Source: Bacteroidales bacterium
GTDB taxonomy: Bacteria > Bacteroidota > Bacteroidia > Bacteroidales > TTA-H9
Reading direction: 5' to 3'
NCBI GenBank assembly: GCA_035411425.1
Contig: DAONSX010000003.1
Coordinates: 27,534 to 91,533, forward strand
Length of the DNA stretch: 64,000 bases
The position numbers and the translations under genes were made by a program. Positions 56,662 to 64,000 of the stretch are shown one piece after another; position 1 is the stretch's first letter, and every line of letters starts with the position of its first letter. Below the pieces are notes generated by a model that saw only the letters and a list, made by a program, of their open reading frames with translations, did not search any database and was not told the origin of the DNA.

Positions 56662-58326
56662 TTAATAGATGAAGCTGCTGCCGCCCAAGAATTCGCGAAG
56701 AATGCTTGTAGGAGGAATTTCACGGGAAGAAATTGGTTGAAAATAAGAAAGGAATTTCATAAGTCTCAGGGCTTCGGCATGTTCGGGTTCGATTTCGGGA
56801 ATAGTTTTCAGAAGTGGCTCGGCATAAGTTTTCAAAACGGCCAGTTCATAAAGGAGTGCCGAATTGAACATCACATCGGCATTTTCTTGAAAAGGGAAGA
56901 TATTTTTTTCTTCTCCATTCCTAACGCTATCCCAACGTCTTAGGGTTTCGAGGGCAGAATAGCCTCTGAAGCGATAATCGCGTACCATCCTGCGAAAAAG
57001 ACGATTATCGGTAGATGAGATTGGATTTTGAGCATCAATAGAAATTTGGGTAAGAGCCGAAACGAAAATCCCGAATTTACGTGCTGGATCTATGTGGGGA
57101 GTCAAATCAGGGTTCAGTCCATGAATGCCTTCTATAATCAGCACCTGATCGGGCTTCATTTTAAAGGTTCCATTATAATAGGAACGCCTACCGCTATTGA
57201 AATCGAAACGAGGAAGGCGCACTTCGCGTCCAATGAGTAAATCATTGAGGTTTTCGTTAAAAAGATCGATGTCTATTGCCTGGAGACTTTCGAAATCATA
57301 TTCACCTTTTTCGTCCCTTGGAGTGTGCTCTCTATCGACAAAATAATTGTCGATAGAAATTTGAACTGGTTTTAAGCCAAGCACCATTAATTGAATGGAC
57401 AGCCTCTTGCTGAAAGTAGTTTTTCCCGATGAAGAAGGACCAGAAATGAGAACAATCTTTACTTTATCGTACCATCTATAGATTTTATCGGCTATGCGTG
57501 CTATACGTTTTTCGTGCAGGGCTTCCGAAATTTTAATCAAATCGGTATCACGTTTTTCGGAAGTAGCTTTGTTTAAATTGCCAACAAAGGGAACGTCGAG
57601 GATATTTATCCATTTCTTATGTTCACGAAATACCTTGAAAAGTTTGGGTTGATGAGTAACTGCCGGAGGAATTTCGAAATTTTCGGGATCGGGCACGCGT
57701 ATCAGCAAACCCTTATAGTAATGGCGAATATCATAAAGAGTAAGATACCCGGTCGAAGGCACCAGATAACCATAGAAATAATTGATAAAACCATTCAATC
57801 CATATACCGAGGTGTACATTTCGTGTCGTCTTCCAAAGAGTTCGGCCTTATCCATCTGGCCATTCTTCATGAAGAGTTGGGCGGCTTCGGCTGTAAGTAT
57901 CTCCTGGCGGGTAAAAGGTAAATCGGCCGCTACCATTTCGACCATCCTTTCTCTTATCCGTTTTAGTAAATCTTCATTCAGTTCTATGTTTTCTCCTTCC
58001 AGCTCGGCATACCAACCTTTGCTCACGCTATGATCGATACGCAACAAGGCTTGAGGAATAACTTCCTTTACCGCAGCATACAACAGGAAGTAAACTGAAC
58101 GAACATACATGCGGTAACCAATATTATGCGAAAAATCAATAAAATTTACTGTTTTGGGTTTATAAAGATCGAAGCTGAGTTCACGCAATTTATTATTGAC
58201 CAGTGCCCCCAAAATCGGATACTTCAGCTTTACGTTAAACTGGCGAGACACTTCAGCCAGTGTAATCCCTTTGGGAAACTCTCTTCTTTCGTCGCAATTC
58301 TGACAAATAATCTCGATAGTGTTCAT
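56662..58326 (-). CDS. Uridine/nucleoside kinase-family protein with an N-terminal TGS-like domain
   Basis: P-loop ISGPSSSGKTTFSKRL in a PRK/uridine-kinase-like core (LIIEGIHGLNP). The N-terminal approx 60 aa looks TGS-like. 554 aa. Confidence 0.7.
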   Translation of the reverse strand: MNTIEIICQNCDERREFPKGITLAEVSRQFNVKLKYPILGALVNNKLRELSFDLYKPKTVNFIDFSHNIGYRMYVRSVYFLLYAAVKEVIPQALLRIDHSVSKGWYAELEGENIELNEDLLKRIRERMVEMVAADLPFTRQEILTAEAAQLFMKNGQMDKAELFGRRHEMYTSVYGLNGFINYFYGYLVPSTGYLTLYDIRHYYKGLLIRVPDPENFEIPPAVTHQPKLFKVFREHKKWINILDVPFVGNLNKATSEKRDTDLIKISEALHEKRIARIADKIYRWYDKVKIVLISGPSSSGKTTFSKRLSIQLMVLGLKPVQISIDNYFVDREHTPRDEKGEYDFESLQAIDIDLFNENLNDLLIGREVRLPRFDFNSGRRSYYNGTFKMKPDQVLIIEGIHGLNPDLTPHIDPARKFGIFVSALTQISIDAQNPISSTDNRLFRRMVRDYRFRGYSALETLRRWDSVRNGEEKNIFPFQENADVMFNSALLYELAVLKTYAEPLLKTIPEIEPEHAEALRLMKFLSYFQPISSREIPPTSILREFLGGSSFIY

Positions 58327-58336
58327 GATAGATAGA

Positions 58337-61201
58337 TTAAGAAAAAACTTGTTTTAGATAAAAACCGGTGTAACTTTTGGGATTTTGAGCTACCTCTTCG
58401 GGTGTACCTTCGGCCACGATATATCCTCCTTGATCTCCTCCTTCAGGACCTAAATCGATAATATGGTCGGCTACTTTGATAACTTCCATGTTATGTTCGA
58501 TCACGATAATGGTATTGCCTTTGTCGGCTAATTTCTGAAGAACATCCAGTAAAACTCTTACATCTTCGAAATGAAGTCCTGTAGTAGGTTCATCGAGGAT
58601 ATAAAGGGTTTTCCCAGTATCGCGACGCGAAAGTTCGGAAGATAGCTTCACTCGTTGTGCTTCCCCACCCGAAAGAGTAGTCGACGACTGCCCAAGAGTA
58701 ATATAACCCAGTCCCACTTGCTTCAATGTTTGTATTTTGCGAAGAATGGAAGGAACATTGGCAAAAAATTCAACGGCCTGATCGATCGTCATATTAAGGA
58801 CATCGTTGATAGATTTTCCCTTGTATCTGATTTCGAGGGTTTCGCGATTGTATCGTTTCCCTTGGCATACTTCACAGGGAATCGTAACATCAGGTAAAAA
58901 ATTCATTTCTATAACTCTTACACCTGCACCACCACAGGCTTCGCATCGTCCTCCCCTCACGTTGAACGAAAACCTTCCGGGCTTGTAACCTCTCACTTGT
59001 GATTCAGGCAAGCGTGCAAAAAGCTGGCGTATCTCGTCAAAAACCTTGGTGTACGTGGCAGGATTGCTCCGGGGAGTTCGACCTATAGGTGATTGATCGA
59101 TCTGAATGATCTTGTCGATGTTTTTCAAACCTTCGAGACTATCGTATGGTAGAGGTTTTTGCTCGGAACGATAGAGAGCCTGACTGATAACCGGATAAAG
59201 AGTTTCTTCGATAAGGGTAGATTTTCCACTACCCGAAACACCAGTAACGCAAATAAATTTTCCAAGAGGAATCTTCAAATTAATATTTTTCAGATTATTT
59301 CCTCTAGCGCCCTTAAGAATGAGGCTTTGCCCATTACCAAGCCGCCGCTTAGGGGGAACCTCTATTTTTTTCTTTCCACTGAGGTATTGGCAGGTAAGTG
59401 AATTACTTTGGAGCAATTGCTGTGGAGTACCACTTGCCACCACCCATCCTCCCTTCTTTCCAGCTCCCGGACCGAGGTCTACCACATAATCGGCCGATAC
59501 TATCATCTCCTTATCATGTTCGACTACAATAATGGAATTGCCAATATCGCGCAAATTCTTCAAGGCTTTGATGAGGCGATGATTATCTCTCTGGTGCAAA
59601 CCTATGCTAGGTTCGTCAAGTATGTATAAAACACCCGTAAGCTGGCTTCCAATTTGAGTAGCCAGATGAATGCGCTGGCTTTCACCACCCGATAGACTAT
59701 AGGCAGGTCTGTCGCAGGTAAGATAGCCTAAGCCAAGTTCCAGAAGAAACCACAACCGCGACCTTATCTCTCTTATAATTTCCTGACCTATGATGCGATC
59801 ATTCCCCTGAAGCCTTTCGGGTAATTGTCCGAACCAATGATCCAGACTTCCGAGGTCCATCATGGCCAATTCGGCAATATTTTTACCATCTACCTTGAAC
59901 CATAATGATTCCTTCTTCAATCGGCTTCCATTGCACACCGGGCAGGTCACCTTATTCAGGAATTCTCCTACCCACTTACGAATCGAGGCAGTTTCCGATT
60001 CCTGATACTGTCGAATAATAAAATCGACTATACCATCGAACTCAAGGGTATAAGTCTGTATAACTCCACTATCGTATTCCTTTCTGACCTTGAAGCCTCC
60101 GTCGACTCCATAGAGGATAGCATTTAAAGCCTGTTCAGAAAGGTCTTTGATAGGAGTATCGAGATGAAAACCATAGATCTGGCCAATTCCTTCTATCTGC
60201 CTGAAAATCCAATTATCTCTATATTCGGCCAGTGGGGCTATTCCACCCTGACGTGTGGTTTTATTCTTGTCGGGGAAAATCTTTTCCAGATCGATCTCGC
60301 TGATACGGCCAAGCCCGCTACACTTTGGGCATGCTCCATAAATAGAATTAAACGAGAAAGAATTCGGTTCGGGGTCTTCGTAAGCAATTCCAGTGGTCGG
60401 ACACATCAGATTGCGGCTGAGATAGCGCATACTACCATCAGATTCATTGAAAACGATAAGGGTTCCCTTGCCTTGTTTCAATGCAGTTTGAACTGAGGAG
60501 GTCAGACGTTCTTCCGAGCTTCCACCAATTTTTATCCTATCGATGATGAGCTCGATATCATGCGTTTTGTAACGGTCTAACTGACGAATTTCCGATAAAG
60601 ATTTTATATCGCCATCTACCCTAATTCTCGAATATCCCTGTTTGCGTAACGAATCGATGAGTTCGCGGTAATGACCCTTACGCCCTCTAACTAAGGGAGC
60701 AAGAATATCTACCTTGCAATCTTCAAACTCTTTCCGAATAATTTCTATAAGGTTGCTTTCGCTGTATTTGACCATGAGTTCGCCCGTCATATAGGAATAA
60801 GCCTTTGCAATGCGAGCAAATAACAGACGCATGAAATCATAAACCTCGGTAATGGTTCCGACGGTAGAGCGTGGATTAGAACCCGAACTCTTCTGTTCGA
60901 TCGAAATCACCGGACTTAAGCCCACAATCTTATCCACGTCGGGGCGTTCGAGATTGCCAATGAATTGACGGGCGTAAGCCGAAAATGTCTCGAGGTATCT
61001 TCTTTGCCCTTCTGCATAGATGGTATCAAAAGCAAGAGAAGATTTTCCACTGCCGCTCAAACCGGTAATCACCACAAATTTATCTCGGGGAATAATAACG
61101 TCGATATTACGCAAATTATGCACACGGGCACCATAAACCTCCAGATTGTCCTCTTTCTGCAGTAATATGTCTTTCGGTATACCTTCTTCAATCCTTGTCA
61201 T
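58337..61201 (-). CDS. uvrA: Excinuclease ABC subunit UvrA
   Basis: Two ABC ATPase modules ([24 protein letters not shown]), zinc modules ([16 protein letters not shown]), and signature LSGGE twice. 954 aa. Confidence 0.97.
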   Translation of the reverse strand: MTRIEEGIPKDILLQKEDNLEVYGARVHNLRNIDVIIPRDKFVVITGLSGSGKSSLAFDTIYAEGQRRYLETFSAYARQFIGNLERPDVDKIVGLSPVISIEQKSSGSNPRSTVGTITEVYDFMRLLFARIAKAYSYMTGELMVKYSESNLIEIIRKEFEDCKVDILAPLVRGRKGHYRELIDSLRKQGYSRIRVDGDIKSLSEIRQLDRYKTHDIELIIDRIKIGGSSEERLTSSVQTALKQGKGTLIVFNESDGSMRYLSRNLMCPTTGIAYEDPEPNSFSFNSIYGACPKCSGLGRISEIDLEKIFPDKNKTTRQGGIAPLAEYRDNWIFRQIEGIGQIYGFHLDTPIKDLSEQALNAILYGVDGGFKVRKEYDSGVIQTYTLEFDGIVDFIIRQYQESETASIRKWVGEFLNKVTCPVCNGSRLKKESLWFKVDGKNIAELAMMDLGSLDHWFGQLPERLQGNDRIIGQEIIREIRSRLWFLLELGLGYLTCDRPAYSLSGGESQRIHLATQIGSQLTGVLYILDEPSIGLHQRDNHRLIKALKNLRDIGNSIIVVEHDKEMIVSADYVVDLGPGAGKKGGWVVASGTPQQLLQSNSLTCQYLSGKKKIEVPPKRRLGNGQSLILKGARGNNLKNINLKIPLGKFICVTGVSGSGKSTLIEETLYPVISQALYRSEQKPLPYDSLEGLKNIDKIIQIDQSPIGRTPRSNPATYTKVFDEIRQLFARLPESQVRGYKPGRFSFNVRGGRCEACGGAGVRVIEMNFLPDVTIPCEVCQGKRYNRETLEIRYKGKSINDVLNMTIDQAVEFFANVPSILRKIQTLKQVGLGYITLGQSSTTLSGGEAQRVKLSSELSRRDTGKTLYILDEPTTGLHFEDVRVLLDVLQKLADKGNTIIVIEHNMEVIKVADHIIDLGPEGGDQGGYIVAEGTPEEVAQNPKSYTGFYLKQVFS

Positions 61202-62213
61202 AACTATTATCGGGGACAGATGCTTCTTTATTGACCTCTTCCCTGATCATTTCATCGTAATTTTTATAATTCCCTGTAGGAATCTTAATTCTATATCTCT
61301 TATTCGGTGAAACAATCAAACTGGTGTCTGATATCCATGGATTCAATTCACGCAAAATGCGATAATTAATGCCTTGTTTTTGAGCAAATTCAATAAGATT
61401 GGAGATATCTTCCTTTACTACAATTTCTTTGCTTGGAATTGGCGGATAAAGGTTTTCCTTCTTAAAATAATAACCATACCGCTCGGGATGTTCAAAAATA
61501 AGCTTAAAAGCCAGAATCCGAAAAATATACCTCGAAGTTTCCTGATTCATATACATTTCGTAATAATTCGTAGTTTTCTGCGACTGTACAATACGGTCGA
61601 AACGCCCCATGCCTCCATTGAAGGCAGCCGCAGCTAAAGTCCATGTTCCATATTTTTCGTAGGCCTTTTTTAAAAACTTGCACATGGCTTCGGTAGATTT
61701 CTCCAGATTATATCTTTCATCTACGTACTGGTTGACTTCAAGGCCATATTCCTGAGCAGTGGATTTTATGAATTGCCAATAGCCAGCAGCACCAGCTATC
61801 GAAATATTATGAAGAAAACCACTCTCCGCCAGTATCATGTATTTGAAGTCTTCAGGAATATCGTTCTTCTTTAGAATAGGTTCGATTACAGGGAAATAAC
61901 GATGGGCTCTTTTAAACAACAATAATGACTGCGAATGCCAGTATGTATTCACCGTGAGCTCTCTGTCGAGGCTTTCTCTAACATAGAACAAATTCAGAGG
62001 AACTTCTTCCCCAGCAAATGAAAGTTTTTTCGGAATTGGGACAGGTACGACTTTCATGTCACCTTGTTTTACAAAATCATCCCCAATGATCTCATCGATT
62101 AGAGGCTTTTCTATATGGGCATGTATGATAAATCCTATTATCACGATCAAACCTATAACCACAAGCCATTTTAAAGGCGATTTCCTATCAAAAGAATCAA
62201 GTATCTTATTCAT
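61188..62213 (-). CDS. Membrane-anchored lytic transglycosylase (SLT domain, MltD-like)
   Basis: N-terminal TM segment (WLVVIGLIVIIGFII). SLT catalytic region MILAESGFLHNISIAGAAGYWQF...TA. The 3' end overlaps the uvrA start by 14 nt. The ATG at 62213 is preferred over the TTG at 62219. Confidence 0.8.
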   Translation of the reverse strand: MNKILDSFDRKSPLKWLVVIGLIVIIGFIIHAHIEKPLIDEIIGDDFVKQGDMKVVPVPIPKKLSFAGEEVPLNLFYVRESLDRELTVNTYWHSQSLLLFKRAHRYFPVIEPILKKNDIPEDFKYMILAESGFLHNISIAGAAGYWQFIKSTAQEYGLEVNQYVDERYNLEKSTEAMCKFLKKAYEKYGTWTLAAAAFNGGMGRFDRIVQSQKTTNYYEMYMNQETSRYIFRILAFKLIFEHPERYGYYFKKENLYPPIPSKEIVVKEDISNLIEFAQKQGINYRILRELNPWISDTSLIVSPNKRYRIKIPTGNYKNYDEMIREEVNKEASVPDNSYDKD

Positions 62214-62257
62214 TATCAAGAATCAAAGTAAACCAAAATTGTTTTTACGAAAGCTTG

Positions 62258-62265
62258 CAAAGTTA
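62258..62265 (-). promoter_or_regulatory. Bacteroidota-type -7 promoter box (TAnnTTTG)
   Basis: The minus strand reads TAACTTTG, about 45 nt upstream of the ATG at 62213. Confidence 0.4.
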
Positions 62266-62549
62266 TACAATATCTCCTTTTATGATAAGTAACCAAGTTA
62301 TCTCCCATTTCAGGAGTTCATTATGAATACTAAAACCAGTGATGAAAGCAGGTTACAAAACTCAAATTTCAGGCCAGAGTTTACCGCATGCCGAAATGGC
62401 TTTGAATTCAAAGCTCAAATATGAACCTGCGCTGATGAACAGATCATTCACCGAATAAAGAGCTGAGCATCTTTTTCCATAATTTTTAGGACTTTTCTCT
62501 TTTGCACTTCAGTTGAAAGCACAACAAGAAAACAAATTGCTAAACTGAT

Positions 62550-64000
62550 TTATTTCTTATTCAGTTCCTCTTTCAGAAATTTCACCTTTGCCTCGATAAG
62601 TTTGATTTCCTGTTTGGTTTTATGAATTTTGCGTTCGAATTCCTGACGGAGGATATCGGCATTTTTCGAACTCGCCAAAAAGCCCAGATTGTTTTCCCAG
62701 AGGGTAACATCTTCGGTCATTTTTGCTGCTTTGTTTTGCAGGAAGTTAATTTCTCTGATGATGGTTTTATGTCCATCGGGCAAGTCTTTAATCTGTTCGA
62801 ATCGCAGTTTGTACGACATGGCATCTACCTCGATGGGGCTGATATTGAGGCGGTCGAGTTGTTTATCGATTGCTTTTCTGAAGCTATTTTGCAGGCGTTC
62901 TTTTTCATTCAGGGGTACATATCCTATCTCGACCCATTTACGTTGAAATTCTTTGATTACCCGTAAATTTTCGGCTTTATCGTCGGTATAAGGATATTCT
63001 TCCACCTGTTTGATGAGTTCTTCTTTCAGACGAAGGTTTTCTTTTTCATTTTGATGAATGTTGGAAAAATATTCTTCCTTAGCCTTAAAGAATTGGTCGC
63101 AGGCGGTACGGAAGCGTTTCCAGATTTTTTCAGATTGCTTGCGAGGAACCGGTCCAACCTTTTTCCACTCTTTCTGCAGATTGATCATTTCCTTGGTCGT
63201 ATTTTTCCAATCGGTGCTATCCCTTAAAGCCTCTGCTTGAACACATAAATCGAGCTTCAGGTTGTAATTGTGCAATTGTTGTTCTTTTATCTTGCTAAAG
63301 AACTCACTTTTTTGTTTATAAAACTGGTCGAGAAGCTCTTTGAACTGGTTCCAGATTTGATCGTTCACTTTTCGAGGTGCAGGGCCAACGCTACGCCATA
63401 TCTTGAATAATTCATCGATGGCACGTGTATTTTCCTGCCATTGACGGATAGTCTCCGCAGGTGTTTCGATAATCTCCCTGGCTTTTTCGATCAAGGCCTG
63501 TTTCGATTCATAGTTATTGCGAAGTTCATCCTGTAGTTTATCGTAATATTCTCTTCGTCGGGCATTGATTTTTTCGGTAGCTGCCTTGAATCTTTCCCAT
63601 ATCTCATCTCTTTTTTCACTTGGAACAGGGCCAATCTCACGCCACTGCTCGTGATATTTCTGAAGCTCCTTGAACGACTTCATTACATTAGGCTCCAGTA
63701 AAAGCTCTTCCGCCTTTTCGCAAAGTTCTATCTTGCTTTCCAAATTCTTCTTAAGATCAAGGTCTTTTAATTCTTTGTTGATTTTTACCTTGTCGAAAAA
63801 TTTCTCAACTAAAAAATGATAATTCTGCCAAAGGGTATTAACTTCCGACTTGGGAACCATTCCTATTTGACGCCATTTTTCCTGAAGATTTCTGAATTCA
63901 TCATAAGTCTTCTTCAGTGTTTCTTCAGAATTAATCAAAGCCCTCAATTCATCCAGAATGGCCAGTTTGGCTTCCAAATTCTGCTGCTTCTGCCTTTCCA
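62550..64000 (-). CDS. DUF349 domain-containing protein, 5'-truncated by the right window edge
   Basis: At least 5 repeats of the DUF349 unit (W..IG.VP....D.IW.RF). The frame stays open beyond the ORF-track TTG at 63977 to nt 64000. Confidence 0.85.
   Translation of the reverse strand, partial: ERQKQQNLEAKLAILDELRALINSEETLKKTYDEFRNLQEKWRQIGMVPKSEVNTLWQNYHFLVEKFFDKVKINKELKDLDLKKNLESKIELCEKAEELLLEPNVMKSFKELQKYHEQWREIGPVPSEKRDEIWERFKAATEKINARRREYYDKLQDELRNNYESKQALIEKAREIIETPAETIRQWQENTRAIDELFKIWRSVGPAPRKVNDQIWNQFKELLDQFYKQKSEFFSKIKEQQLHNYNLKLDLCVQAEALRDSTDWKNTTKEMINLQKEWKKVGPVPRKQSEKIWKRFRTACDQFFKAKEEYFSNIHQNEKENLRLKEELIKQVEEYPYTDDKAENLRVIKEFQRKWVEIGYVPLNEKERLQNSFRKAIDKQLDRLNISPIEVDAMSYKLRFEQIKDLPDGHKTIIREINFLQNKAAKMTEDVTLWENNLGFLASSKNADILRQEFERKIHKTKQEIKLIEAKVKFLKEELNKK

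Noticed and set aside
1-64000. Searched for CRISPR arrays, rRNA/tRNA genes, IS elements, integrases and prophage genes
   Set aside because: I saw no spaced direct-repeat arrays, no transposase, integrase or phage-like ORFs among the translated frames, and no rRNA-like conserved stretches. The only perfect tandem DNA repeat is the hexanucleotide microsatellite.

Overview
This is a chromosomal segment from a Bacteroidota-type genome. The lineage call rests on a SusC/SusD pair, a T9SS type-B C-terminal sorting domain, parA-parB-DUF5683 and coaBC-DUF4835-recN synteny, recurring TAnnTTTG -7 promoter boxes, and almost no Shine-Dalgarno sequences. I saw no rRNA, tRNA, CRISPR array, transposase or integrase. 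Most of the window is housekeeping: serA-like, DUF1015, parAB, nusB, RNase HI, mtaD, rimO, bamD, rpoZ, coaBC, recN, fabI, AMP nucleosidase, holA, TamB-like, uvrA and an MltD-like transglycosylase. Three accessory blocks stand out. (1) 18-10461 is an alpha-glucan-type polysaccharide utilization locus. It has susC, an unusually long susD with two inserted SusE/F-like beta-sandwich modules, a susE/F-like lipoprotein, a convergent debranching-type glycosidase, and a divergent LacI regulator with two clear palindromic operators. (2) 10934-17887 holds an odd lipoprotein with a glycine-zipper hydrophobic hairpin, followed by an about 1860-aa T9SS-sorted adhesin with 9 tandem SprB-like repeats. (3) 39466-46678 is the best candidate for an undescribed system. 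A receiver-less sigma-54 enhancer-binding protein sits divergent from a visible -24/-12 promoter. That promoter drives two DUF4402-like subunit genes, a PapD-like chaperone, and a 976-aa usher-like outer-membrane protein fused at its C-terminus to a SPOR peptidoglycan-binding domain. All functional calls come from motif recognition by eye, not database searches.
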